Assembly (NCBI GenBank): GCA_039803205.1
Contig: JBDRYB010000001.1
Location: 377,913 to 441,912 of the forward strand
Direction: 5' to 3'
DNA length: 64,000 nt
Source: a candidate division WOR-3 bacterium
GTDB lineage: Bacteria; Hydrothermota; Hydrothermia; JBDRYB01
Position 1 is the first letter of the stretch; every line of letters starts with the position of its first letter. Below are positions 9,701-19,241 of the stretch, piece by piece. A program made the translations under genes and the position numbers. The notes beneath the pieces were generated by a model. That model did no database searches, was not told where the DNA came from, and saw only the letters and a program-made list of their open reading frames with translations.

Positions 9701-10819
9701 CTACCATCCCATCAGAACCCCCGCGAAGACCCCTGGTTCCAGGTCTCCGAAGTAATCTCCCCTGGTGATGATGGGGAGGCCTGATGAATCCGAGGATATT
9801 TCCGTGTCCCTGCCGTAGAAATAATAAGCCCCAAGCCTTGCCTCAAAACCCCGGCCAAATGCCCTCCTGACCAGTGGCATTGCCATGAGACTGCCATCAG
9901 AAGCGCAGAGAACCCCGTAAAACGCCAAACTCCATACCACATCGTATGATTTACTGATTAGAAGCCCGATGTAATCCCTCTCGTAAAAGCTGTAAAGCCC
10001 ATAACCGGTTGGGTCTGCTCGGCCGTTGTGGTAATACTCTGCCATCAGGTAAACCTGGCCAGGGAACATCCTGTCATAATTCAAAACATAACGGGGCTCC
10101 GCGCTCGCGTAAAAACACGCCTCAGCCCGGAGCGCGCCGCCAAGGAGGTTTGTGGAAAACCCAGCTCCCACGAGCGAATCCCCCTTGTCGTATCCCCCCT
10201 CAAACACGAGATCAAGGCCTGGAAGGTAGCAAAGGGTTCTCATCCCAGCCTTCCACGCAAGGGAGGAATCGTTATCCGAGGGAGGTGAATAGGCCAGTTC
10301 AACCGAAACCGGGCCAGCCGGCCTCAGCCCAATAAACGCGCAATCTGAGAAAGGCACATCATCCGGCACCACAGAGAGGTTGTTCTGAGGCGTGAATATG
10401 TTCAGAGGGGTCCAGAAGAATGTGGTGCTCCAGTTCAGGACCCTCCTTCCTATTGCGATGGCCAGATAACGGGACTGATATTCAAAGTAGGCTCGCCTTA
10501 TGTAGTCCCTCTGCACAGTCCGCCCCGCGCCTGATGAGGCATCAAGGTCTATGAAACCGGGATCTGACAAGGAAAGCCCCTCGAGAACTGCTGAGTAGGC
10601 GTAAAGGTTTCCGATGTATAGCTCGTGAACCACCTCGGAATAAAGCCTGATGCCAGCGCCAACCGCCTTTATCCGGAGTATGCCCCTTGCCTGACCGAGC
10701 CTGAAGGGGACATAACGGAGATCCGTTGGCCCGAAAGGCCAGAGGACGCTGGTCTCCGTGAACTGGGAGTAAGCATCCCCTCCCATGGAGAACCTGAGAG
10801 CCATGAGCGCGTAAAGCAT
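9701..10819 (-). CDS. Outer-membrane beta-barrel protein of Lol-like operon
   Basis: IRRAYFEY...IGRRVLNW porin-like strands, terminal Trp; last gene of ABC operon. Confidence 0.65.
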   Translation of the reverse strand: MLYALMALRFSMGGDAYSQFTETSVLWPFGPTDLRYVPFRLGQARGILRIKAVGAGIRLYSEVVHELYIGNLYAYSAVLEGLSLSDPGFIDLDASSGAGRTVQRDYIRRAYFEYQSRYLAIAIGRRVLNWSTTFFWTPLNIFTPQNNLSVVPDDVPFSDCAFIGLRPAGPVSVELAYSPPSDNDSSLAWKAGMRTLCYLPGLDLVFEGGYDKGDSLVGAGFSTNLLGGALRAEACFYASAEPRYVLNYDRMFPGQVYLMAEYYHNGRADPTGYGLYSFYERDYIGLLISKSYDVVWSLAFYGVLCASDGSLMAMPLVRRAFGRGFEARLGAYYFYGRDTEISSDSSGLPIITRGDYFGDLEPGVFAGVLMGW

Positions 10820-10827
10820 TGATCTCC

Positions 10828-11556
10828 CTATTCCCCTGACCAGCGCTCCATCTGGTTCACATCAAACCTCTCTGCGGGTATTTTGGTGTTGAACTTTATA
10901 TCCATGATGGTGAGAACGGTCTTGTGGCCCGGTTTGTCCCCCGGGATGACTTCCATGAGCGTGGGGAGCCTTCTGCCGCCTATGGTTTTTACCCCAGAAT
11001 ATCTTATGGTCCTGACCCTTTTGCCATCCTCATCATAGTAATCCCCTCTCACAGCTATGTAGCCGGGCATTTCTATCACGAACACTATCTTTCCCCAGAC
11101 AACGGGCGCGCCCTCGCGCGGGATCAGCTCAAGGGTGTAGCGGGTGCCATCGGAGAGCGGCTCCTCGGAGACTATCCTGGAATCATAGTCCTCCGATATG
11201 CTAGATTCGTGCACTAGATCATCGTTCGTGAGGTCCGATCCCATCCAGGGGTCCATCATCATGCTCGGAGGCATCCTCAGCTTCTTGCCCGCTTTTGGCA
11301 AATACATCCATAGGTTCCCCTCCTTTTTCAGGAAGACCGTGCCGTCATCCTTTCCAGTTGAGGACTTGGTTATGACAACCAGGCTCCTGTCCCCACCTCG
11401 TTCCTCCCAGAAGCTCATCTCATAGATGGTCTGATAATCGGGCCGGATGACCTCCATCCTGTAGGAACCAACGCTCGTCGTGCCGCGCATGAGGTCTTCC
11501 GCACCCTTAAGTATCTCCTCTGCTGTAATGCCAAAGATGAACCCAACGAGGATCAT
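10828..11556 (-). CDS. Outer membrane lipoprotein-sorting protein (LolA-like)
   Basis: GTVFLK...LWMYLP...WMGSDLTNDDL, YYDEDGK. Confidence 0.85.
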   Translation of the reverse strand: MILVGFIFGITAEEILKGAEDLMRGTTSVGSYRMEVIRPDYQTIYEMSFWEERGGDRSLVVITKSSTGKDDGTVFLKKEGNLWMYLPKAGKKLRMPPSMMMDPWMGSDLTNDDLVHESSISEDYDSRIVSEEPLSDGTRYTLELIPREGAPVVWGKIVFVIEMPGYIAVRGDYYDEDGKRVRTIRYSGVKTIGGRRLPTLMEVIPGDKPGHKTVLTIMDIKFNTKIPAERFDVNQMERWSGE

Positions 11557-11559
11557 GGC

Positions 11560-12246
11560 CTAGCCCTTCCTCTCATCCCCAACGACAACCCCATCCCTCA
11601 GAAGTATGACCCTCTTTGCCTTGTCCATGACCAGCCTGTCGTGGGTTGAGAATACGAATGTCACCCCGTATCTCTCGTTCATTTCCCTCATCATATCAAG
11701 GAGGCCTGATGCTGTTGCTGAGTCAAGGTTAGCTGTTGGTTCATCAGCGAGGACTATCCTCGGGTTGTGGGCTAGCGCTCTCGCGACCGCTATCCTCTGC
11801 TGTTGGCCACCTGAGAGCCTGTTTGGGCGTTTGTTCAGGTATTCTCCCATGCCCATCGCTTCAAGCACCTCTTTGGCCCTTGCCCTGCGCTCGGCTTTCG
11901 GAACCTTCTGCAGGAGAAGCACGAACTCCGCGTTCTCAAGCGCTGTCAGAACCTCTATGAGGTTATAGCTCTGGAAGACAAAGCCGACCTTGCGCAAGCG
12001 GTAATCAGCCAAGGCTGATTTGCTCAGAGCCCCCAGATCAACGCCATCAACGATAACAGAGCCTGATGTGGGTTTATCAAGCCCACCTATTATGTTCAGG
12101 AGGGTTGTCTTCCCAGAGCCAGAAGGCCCGGCTATCGCAACGAACTCGCCCTCGTCTACCTCAAGGTTTATCCCCCGGAGCGCAGGGGCCTCAACCCCGT
12201 GCTCCAGGTATGTCTTCTTGAGGTCCCTTATCTTTATCAGCGTCAT
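11560..12246 (-). CDS. ABC transporter ATP-binding protein (LolD/MacB type)
   Basis: GPSGSGKT, LSGGQQQR, ADEPTANLD, STHD. Confidence 0.95.
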   Translation of the reverse strand: MTLIKIRDLKKTYLEHGVEAPALRGINLEVDEGEFVAIAGPSGSGKTTLLNIIGGLDKPTSGSVIVDGVDLGALSKSALADYRLRKVGFVFQSYNLIEVLTALENAEFVLLLQKVPKAERRARAKEVLEAMGMGEYLNKRPNRLSGGQQQRIAVARALAHNPRIVLADEPTANLDSATASGLLDMMREMNERYGVTFVFSTHDRLVMDKAKRVILLRDGVVVGDERKG

Positions 12247-12250
12247 TGCC

Positions 12251-13474
12251 TCACACCTGCCTCATCGCTCTTGCTGGTTCAAGCCTCGCGGAACCCACTG
12301 CGGGGAAGAGGCCAGAAACCAGCGCGGCTAAAAAACTAAGGATGCATGTCATTATCGTTCCCTGGAGGAAGAACTCCCCAAACCTCGGATATATCACATC
12401 CGGCCAACCAACCATCTTTATTGCCCTTGACCACGCTGAGAGATCTATTCCGGTCACGCCCGTGGCGGCCACTATCCCGATCCCTAAAGCAACCCCGACC
12501 ATAACCCCGAAAAAGCCGATGAAGAATGACTCCGTGAGTATGAGAAAAGCAACATGTCTCCTGTGCGCGCCCATTGCCATGATGATGCCCAACTCCTTAG
12601 TCCTCTCAGATACAGAAACTATCATCACATTGCTTATTCCCGCTACCGCCAGAAGGAGAAAAACAACAAGGACGATCATGGCGTATGCCCTTCCTATATC
12701 GGTCATCATCTTTATGATGTTCATGTATGTTTCCCAGCTGAGAACCGATAGGCCCAACAGGTTGGGTCTGAGCCTTTTGGCCGCCGGCTCTGCGGCCTCA
12801 GCCCCTCGTGTCCTCGCGACCAGCCTGTGGGCCCCGGAAATGGCGAGGGTTGCCCTTGCCTCGTTGATGTTGACCAGGAGGGTTCTTGAGTCAAGGTTCA
12901 TGTCCCCCGTCTCAATTATCCCAGAGAGGATGAAACTGCCCACGCCTATTGAGCCATCCGCGGCCTGGGTTATGAATGTCATGGAATCCCCGATCCCAAC
13001 CCCCAACTGCCTAGCTAGGTTGGAGCCGATTAACGCTGAGCCAGGGTTATCGGGATCAATGAATCTGCCTTCCTTCAACATCTTGTGTAGTCTTGTGGTA
13101 AGGGTTTCTGATGGGACATCCAGCCCTATCATCCTCGTGCCTGCGGATTTCTCCGGTCCAAAAAGGAGACCGAAGGCCTCAACCCTTGCCGCGGCAGAGA
13201 CCACATCCGGGTCCCCCGAAAGAACCGAAAGCGCGTATTGAAGCCCGGGTATGGTATCAGAGACGCGTGGGTTGTCATCGTATCCAGGTTTGGTTATCTG
13301 GAGCTGGCCAACGAATAGGCTTGTTCCAGCCTCAACAGAACCAGCCTCAATGCCATCCTCCATGCCGCAGAGAAAGACGGTCAGGGCTACCGCGAACCCC
13401 ACCATTGAGGAAGCGAGGCCTGTCCTTCCTTTGTTTCTGCTGAGGTTTCTGAGGGCTATGATCACCCAGTTCAT
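12251..13474 (-). CDS. ABC permease, FtsX/LolE-like
   Basis: ALRNLSRNKGRT, SVSERTKELGI, C-terminal PA..SARLEP..AMR; ATG 13474 inferred. Confidence 0.9.
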   Translation of the reverse strand: MNWVIIALRNLSRNKGRTGLASSMVGFAVALTVFLCGMEDGIEAGSVEAGTSLFVGQLQITKPGYDDNPRVSDTIPGLQYALSVLSGDPDVVSAAARVEAFGLLFGPEKSAGTRMIGLDVPSETLTTRLHKMLKEGRFIDPDNPGSALIGSNLARQLGVGIGDSMTFITQAADGSIGVGSFILSGIIETGDMNLDSRTLLVNINEARATLAISGAHRLVARTRGAEAAEPAAKRLRPNLLGLSVLSWETYMNIIKMMTDIGRAYAMIVLVVFLLLAVAGISNVMIVSVSERTKELGIIMAMGAHRRHVAFLILTESFFIGFFGVMVGVALGIGIVAATGVTGIDLSAWSRAIKMVGWPDVIYPRFGEFFLQGTIMTCILSFLAALVSGLFPAVGSARLEPARAMRQV

Positions 13475-14700
13475 CAATACCTCATTGCTCGGGAGGGGAC
13501 CATTCTGGCGGCTATGTATGCTGGATAAAGAGAGCTGAGAACAGAGACAGCGAGAAAACCGAGGATAGGCTCGTGAAAGTGAGACCAAAAAACAGCCCCC
13601 ATCTGCGGATATAGCTTGCCTATGTTGCCCATGTCGTAGCTCTCGTATATCTCGGAAAATCCGCTGACATCTATTCCAGTCATGCTCGTTATCCAGACAG
13701 CGATGAAACCTATGATGAGGCCGATGACTATTCCGATTGCGCCGAGAATAACCCCTTCGGCGATGACCATTCCGAAAACGCCCAAGGGCTTCATTCCTAC
13801 AGCCTGCATTATCCCGAACTCGCGAACGCGTTGCTGGACTGACATGAGCATGGTAGCGGCTATGCTTGAGAGCGCGAGGAACATGAAGAGGAGAAGGACA
13901 ATGGATACGCTCCCGCGCTTCATCTGGACGGTCTGTTCAATTACGGGCAGGAACTCTCTCCACGACCTCGCGACAACGCCTCCGCCTGGATTCAGCCTCC
14001 TGGCGACATCATCCGCGGAGCTGAGGCTCTTGACCCTTATGGCTATGATGTGATACCCGTTCACGAGGAGCATCCTTTTGAGGGTCTCCGAGCTGAGAAC
14101 CACGAGGCTCCTGTCCAGCTCAGCTGATCCGAGGTGAAATATCCCTTTTACCCTGAGCGCCTCTCCGGATATGTTCCCGGTTGAATCCATGGCCATTATA
14201 ACGAACTTGGAGCCGAGCCTCAGGCCCAGGTCATCAGCCATCCTGTCGCCGATCAGCGCCCCCCGTTTATCCCCCGGGCCTATGAACTCTCCTTCCTTCA
14301 AGTATTCGGAGAACTTTGAGACCCCGGACTCGTTCTCTGGCCTTATCCCAACGAGAAGGGCTCCGGATGAACCTGTCGGGGACCTGACCATGCCCGTTGC
14401 CAGAAGCCGGGGAGAAAACCCAATTACATCGGGGTCGCTTCTGATGCGTGAGAATATCTCAGATGTATCTGATATGACCTTTCTCACATCGTAATCGTCG
14501 CTGAATCCAGCCCTCTCAATCTGAACCTGGCCGGGGAACATGTCTGTTATGTGTCTGAGGGCTATTTCCCACGCGCCATCCTGTATTGCCCACATGAAAA
14601 CCGTGAGCGCCATTCCTACTACAATTATGGAGATTGAGAGGGCTGTTCTCCGCTTGTTGGCGAGGATGTTGCGATAGGCGATCTGAAAATATATCCTCAC
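13474..14700 (-). CDS. ABC permease, FtsX/LolE-like
   Basis: AYRNILANKRRT, QRVREFGIMQAVGM, YPAYIAARMVP. Confidence 0.9.
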   Translation of the reverse strand: MRIYFQIAYRNILANKRRTALSISIIVVGMALTVFMWAIQDGAWEIALRHITDMFPGQVQIERAGFSDDYDVRKVISDTSEIFSRIRSDPDVIGFSPRLLATGMVRSPTGSSGALLVGIRPENESGVSKFSEYLKEGEFIGPGDKRGALIGDRMADDLGLRLGSKFVIMAMDSTGNISGEALRVKGIFHLGSAELDRSLVVLSSETLKRMLLVNGYHIIAIRVKSLSSADDVARRLNPGGGVVARSWREFLPVIEQTVQMKRGSVSIVLLLFMFLALSSIAATMLMSVQQRVREFGIMQAVGMKPLGVFGMVIAEGVILGAIGIVIGLIIGFIAVWITSMTGIDVSGFSEIYESYDMGNIGKLYPQMGAVFWSHFHEPILGFLAVSVLSSLYPAYIAARMVPSRAMRY

Positions 14701-14781
14701 TTCTCACTCAGATTATAAGGCACAGAGCCAATCTGGGGCAAACGCGAGCGGGGTTGGATTCTTATTTGGGGTCACAACCAC

Positions 14782-14850
14782 TTCGCAACGAGCCTTGAGA
14801 ACATAGAGGAAGGCATAAAGAGGTTCGGGGACGCGGTTAGAGGGAGGTAG
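14782..14850 (+). pseudogene. C-terminal remnant of a class I PLP aminotransferase
   Basis: Own translation FATSLENIEEGIKRFGDAVRGR* resembles the AspC-type C-terminus; no matching 5' part. Confidence 0.5.
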
Positions 14851-14926
14851 GGGCACCTCTTGTGTGTGCTCAAAAAACCACGGCAGATCAAACCCTGGCC
14901 CGGGAAAAGGCCTTACAGAATAATTT

Positions 14927-15898
14927 TTACCCCCTGAAGAGACCTGATAAAAGTCTTTCCCAGTCCTCTCGTTTGAATTTGAGGTTTCCACAATATTCCA
15001 TGTGCTTCTCCTCTCTGATCTCGCCCAGGAATGGAAGCACGGAACCTTTTTCTCTGATACTTAAAGGCCCAGGTATAAAATACCCAACCACATAATTAGG
15101 AATAGCCGGCAGTGGGACAATTTCTTCCTCAAGTTCCGCGAGCAGATCCTTGAAATGATCATCTTTACCAACAAAGCCCTTGATGTGGTTAAGCAATTTG
15201 GCGAGGCTACTGATATTCTTCAGAATTCCCAGAAAAAAATCCTCCGGCAGAACGGTCTTGACGAATATCCCTATGTGGCAATTTTTAGGGCACTCGGCAT
15301 ATGCAGACTCCAGGCTCTTGGAGGATTTGATGGACACAATTTCACTTATCGTTGTTTCCTGCTCCCCTCTTTTCAGGTTTACAATATCGGATTTAAATCT
15401 GTCCCGTTCTATGTCGATATCCCAATCAAGATCGGTGTCGTATCCAAACCCCATTATGAACTTCCGAAATGCTATTTCACCTATCTTGCCAATGAAATGG
15501 TCTGAAATAATTTGAAGGGTTCCTCGTGATTTGGCTCTGTCCGTAAATTCGGTTATTGTGGCTCTGGTTTCGCCCACGCGCATCTTATAGGGCATCAGTA
15601 AGGAGAACAGAAGGAGCCTGTAAAAATCCTCATCCTTGTCAGGATCTATCTCAATGAGATTGGGCAAGAGCCTTTTCACAATCCACTCCTCAATCTCTTC
15701 CCGCGAGGTTTCATACAGGAAGGCGTTTCCTTTGGTGATCAGTCTCGCACACTCCAGTCCCCTTATAGCCCCTATTATCAGGCGGAGTGTGGACTCACGA
15801 TCCAGCCTATCTTTTACAAGACTAATGTCCGGTAAGGATGCAAGGACAAATTCCAAGGCATCTTTCTTGCGGGCTAGCCGTGTTCTGGCTATGTTCAT
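14927..15898 (-). CDS. Putative type II restriction endonuclease (PD-(D/E)XK-like)
   Basis: GKIGEIAF...DIV...VSIKS pattern, divergent from DNA MTase, visibly AT-richer. Confidence 0.6.
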   Translation of the reverse strand: MNIARTRLARKKDALEFVLASLPDISLVKDRLDRESTLRLIIGAIRGLECARLITKGNAFLYETSREEIEEWIVKRLLPNLIEIDPDKDEDFYRLLLFSLLMPYKMRVGETRATITEFTDRAKSRGTLQIISDHFIGKIGEIAFRKFIMGFGYDTDLDWDIDIERDRFKSDIVNLKRGEQETTISEIVSIKSSKSLESAYAECPKNCHIGIFVKTVLPEDFFLGILKNISSLAKLLNHIKGFVGKDDHFKDLLAELEEEIVPLPAIPNYVVGYFIPGPLSIREKGSVLPFLGEIREEKHMEYCGNLKFKREDWERLLSGLFRG

Positions 15899-15971
15899 AC
15901 TGAAAGTATATCAGGTTCTCATGACCCTCATCAAGTTGAATTGGCAGGAGTGATCGGATTATACTGGTAGG

Positions 15972-17207
15972 GTGAAGGAAATTCTCTCTGCCAGACCAAT
16001 AGTCTTTAGGGATATGTATGGGCTATCAACGACTTACGCTACCCACGGGCTCTATTATTACCCCGCCAAGTTCATACCCCATGTGGTTAGATATTGCATT
16101 GAAAACTATTCTCATGGGCCGAGCACGAAACTTTTTGATCCTTTTGCTGGTTCAGGAACAAGCGGAGTTGAGGCTTATCTAAGCGGCCTGGACTTTGTGC
16201 TGGCTGACATAAACCCTATACTCAAGCACTTGACTGAAGTAAAGCTTCTGAGCTTAGACCCCCACAAGGACTGGCGGGCCGAACTGAATAGGTGTTTAAT
16301 GGTTTTGGAGAATGAAAATGGAAAATTTACACCTAGTTGGAAAAGCATGGGCTACTGGTATGAGGCCCCTGTTCTGGATGAGCTGATGAAGAAGTGGGGA
16401 AATTTAATGAGGCTAGAATCACCGCTCAAGCCAATTCTTACTTTCGCACTCCTGAGAATTTCTAGGCTGTTTTCTTGGGACGAGGACAGGGCCCCGAAAC
16501 TATTCAAATCCAAGAGAAAGGATAAGGAGCTCCGCAAAATATTAAGTGGGGATTGGAAATCGGCTATGAAAACCCAACTAGCAAAAATATCCCTGGAATA
16601 CCTGGGAAGGGTCATGGATTTCAACCGTTTTGCTGGTTTTCTGACAAGGAAGCCGGAGTATGTGGTCTATAACGGGATAGATGTCTCTGAACCGAAAGAG
16701 TTCCCCAGAATCAGCTATGATCTGGTCGTCACCTCGCCTCCGTATCTTCAGGCTCAGGAATATCTGAGGACAAGCAAACTTGACCTTTACTGGCTAGGGT
16801 ATTCCGAAGAAGAAATAAAAAGGCTCACGAACAAGGAGATTCCTTACAAAAAACCGCCGGCGGATTGGTGGAGAGAATACCCTATAATTGATGGGATCAT
16901 AAGAATACATCAGAATCAGAAATCCTTGATGATTTCTTACTTTTACTACCTACTGAGAGCATTTGATCTGACAATAGAGAGCCTTTCCCCGGGAGGATAT
17001 ATATGTGTGTTTCTGGGATCGCCGAAAGCCAATGGAAACGAGATCCTCATCTGGAGGTTAATAGCGGAACATTTTGAAAACAGGGGTCTGGAACTTACCG
17101 AGGTTCTTGAGGATAGGATAGTCAACAGAAAGCTATTTAGGGGACGGAAGAATCTGAATCCTATGGGAATGGAATCGGAGTTTCTGGTGGTAGCCAAGAA
17201 GGGATAA
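15972..17207 (+). CDS. DNA methyltransferase, probably N4-cytosine, alpha class
   Basis: THGLYYYPAKF (motif X), DPFAGSGT (motif I) preceding VTSPPY (motif IV). Confidence 0.9.
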   Translation: MKEILSARPIVFRDMYGLSTTYATHGLYYYPAKFIPHVVRYCIENYSHGPSTKLFDPFAGSGTSGVEAYLSGLDFVLADINPILKHLTEVKLLSLDPHKDWRAELNRCLMVLENENGKFTPSWKSMGYWYEAPVLDELMKKWGNLMRLESPLKPILTFALLRISRLFSWDEDRAPKLFKSKRKDKELRKILSGDWKSAMKTQLAKISLEYLGRVMDFNRFAGFLTRKPEYVVYNGIDVSEPKEFPRISYDLVVTSPPYLQAQEYLRTSKLDLYWLGYSEEEIKRLTNKEIPYKKPPADWWREYPIIDGIIRIHQNQKSLMISYFYYLLRAFDLTIESLSPGGYICVFLGSPKANGNEILIWRLIAEHFENRGLELTEVLEDRIVNRKLFRGRKNLNPMGMESEFLVVAKKG

Positions 17208-17222
17208 GACCCAGCAAAAGCC

Positions 17223-18185
17223 TCATGGCACTATCCTCGTCCCCCCCTTTCCCTCAAGCGCGAGCCTAAGCCCCTCAAGGGATGTGATTATGACTTCCTT
17301 TCCGCCTGACCTCAGGAAATCGCAGGCCGCCTCAATCTTCGGGCCCATTGAGCCAGATGGAAAGTGGCCCTCCATGAGGTATTTTTCGGCCTCTGCGCAG
17401 GTTATCTCGCGGAGCTCGCGCTGGTCCGGCTTTCCGAAATTGAGATAAACGGAGTCAACCGCCGTGAGAATAATGAGGAGTTCCGCGTTTATCTCCCTGG
17501 CAAGGGTTGCTGAGGCCCTGTCCTTGTCAATGACAGCAAAGGCCCCTTCCCAGCGCCCGTTTCTGTTTATGACAGGAATACCCCCTCCGCCCGCGGCTAT
17601 GACCACGAATCCCTGCTCAAGGAGGATGTTGACCGCAGGAGCTGAGAGGACACGGATGGGCAAAGGCGACGGCACAACGACCCTCCATCCCCTCCCGGCA
17701 TCCTCCTTTATTGGCCAGCCATACCTGCCGTGCATGGCCATGGCCTTTATCTTATCAAAGAACTCGCCTATGGGTTTTGATGGATTGGCAAACCCAGGGT
17801 CATCCGGGGAAACCTCCACCATGGAAACCAGTGTCGCGACACGAAGATCAGGGCGCTGGTTTCTGAGCCCTCGCTCTATGGCATAGCCTATCCAGCCCTG
17901 GGTCTCCGCGTTGAGCGCGTCCATGGGATACACGGGGAACTCATCCTCTGTCATGGCGTTTCTCAGGAACGAGAGACCGACCTGGGGGCCGTTCCCGTGC
18001 GTTATGACGACCCGGTAGCCAGAATCCAGGAGCCGGAGTATCGGCGCGACGGATTCCTCTGCCCTTCTCGCCTGAACCTCTATCTCAAAGCTCTCCCCTT
18101 TGTTCCTCAGAGCGTTTCCCCCTAGAGCGACAACGGCCTTTCTGGGTTGCTCCTCAGAAACGGGAAGCTTCTTTCCGGATGGCAT
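17223..18185 (-). CDS. arcC: Carbamate kinase
   Basis: VVALGGNAL, THGNGPQVG, GGGGIPV, AVIDKD, GSMGPKIEA. Confidence 0.95.
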   Translation of the reverse strand: MPSGKKLPVSEEQPRKAVVALGGNALRNKGESFEIEVQARRAEESVAPILRLLDSGYRVVITHGNGPQVGLSFLRNAMTEDEFPVYPMDALNAETQGWIGYAIERGLRNQRPDLRVATLVSMVEVSPDDPGFANPSKPIGEFFDKIKAMAMHGRYGWPIKEDAGRGWRVVVPSPLPIRVLSAPAVNILLEQGFVVIAAGGGGIPVINRNGRWEGAFAVIDKDRASATLAREINAELLIILTAVDSVYLNFGKPDQRELREITCAEAEKYLMEGHFPSGSMGPKIEAACDFLRSGGKEVIITSLEGLRLALEGKGGTRIVP

Positions 18186-18544
18186 CACTCCTCCAGGATG
18201 CATACCGCTATCACATAATCCCCATCGTGGGAAATGGAGAGGGCTGACCTGCCTTTGAAAAGCTCTGCCGCCTTGCCGGAAAGCGAGTATGATGGCGCAC
18301 CAAGCCTGTCCTTTACAACCTCAACATCCTGCCAGCGTATCCCTTCTGCGAGGCCGGTTCCAAGAGCTTTGAGAAAAGCCTCTTTTGCCGCGAACGCCCC
18401 AGCGAGCTCCTTAACCCTGTGAGCGCCCTCTGCCCTGGCTACCTCACCCTGGGTGAACAACCTCTTTGTGAGCCTTTGACCCCAGCGCTTCAAGGCCTTG
18501 CTAAACCTAGGGAGGCTAACTATGTCTGCTCCTACTCTTAGCAT
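18185..18544 (-). CDS. acpS: Holo-[acyl-carrier-protein] synthase
   Basis: VGADIV, FAAKEAFLKALGTG, SISHD; ATG 18544 inferred. Confidence 0.92.
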   Translation of the reverse strand: MLRVGADIVSLPRFSKALKRWGQRLTKRLFTQGEVARAEGAHRVKELAGAFAAKEAFLKALGTGLAEGIRWQDVEVVKDRLGAPSYSLSGKAAELFKGRSALSISHDGDYVIAVCILEE

Positions 18545-18638
18545 AAAATTAAAAAAGGTCTTTTGACCCGGATAATTATAACCCGAAACCCCGGCCCGGA
18601 GCAAACTGACGAGACAACGCCTTAAACCCCTGGACCTT

Positions 18639-18678
18639 TTGGTTCGGTGATCCGGAATTTTGAAACACTGCGCCCCGC
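18639..18678. repeat. Dispersed ~40-bp repeat, copy 1 (dif-like architecture)
   Basis: TTGGTTCGGTGATCCGGAATTTTGAAACA matches 43692-43720 at 27/29. Confidence 0.75.
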
Positions 18679-18706
18679 CGCTATGGGCTATTTGGGATCA
18701 TGGGGT

Positions 18707-19153
18707 TCATCCGAAAAGAACGATCTCAAGGAGCATCTTGCCGTGAAGTAAGACGAAAATAGCGAAAGCAGTCCCCGCGAGGTGAACGAGGGCAGTTGCC
18801 CAATCGTTTTTTGGGGGAAACGCGATGCCAAGAGCCGCAAGGGGCACGAGCAAGAGCCAGAGCCACGGAATTCCCCATATCCCTATGGCAGGAGTAAGGT
18901 AAAAACAAGGGAAAAGGCCGGAGAAATGCCTGTAGAACCTGCCCTTGATGAGGCCGAGGAATGTAAAGGGAAACGAGATGAACATGGAAGGCCCGAAAAC
19001 AAAGCCCCACCTGTTGATAAGCCACCATATCTCCCAGAAGCCCGGCCTGTAGAGAAACGAGCTGTGAAGGGCAAGAGAAAGGATGGAAAGGGGCAAGCCG
19101 AGCCAGAGCCACCTGAGAAACCACTTCCAGATGAACAGCAAAACCCTTTTCAT
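18707..19153 (-). CDS. Hypothetical Trp-rich membrane protein
   Basis: Several hydrophobic helices from MKRVLLFIWKWF. Confidence 0.55.
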   Translation of the reverse strand: MKRVLLFIWKWFLRWLWLGLPLSILSLALHSSFLYRPGFWEIWWLINRWGFVFGPSMFISFPFTFLGLIKGRFYRHFSGLFPCFYLTPAIGIWGIPWLWLLLVPLAALGIAFPPKNDWATALVHLAGTAFAIFVLLHGKMLLEIVLFG

Positions 19154-19241
19154 TATCTCGCAAATAATAAAGCCCAAAGGGCATTGGGTTCCTCATGGTT
19201 CGGTAATTATTGCCGGCGCGAGGCCTTTTGACCAGGTTGGA

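Noticed and set aside
12246..13241. 331-aa plus-strand ORF, and similar long antisense ORFs at 39550-40437, 21310-22020 and 63177-63881
   Set aside because: Shadow frames of well-supported genes on the opposite strand, with no recognisable motifs
14713..14991. 92-aa minus-strand ORF
   Set aside because: No motifs; the region is better explained by the ABC operon promoter and the aminotransferase remnant on the plus strand
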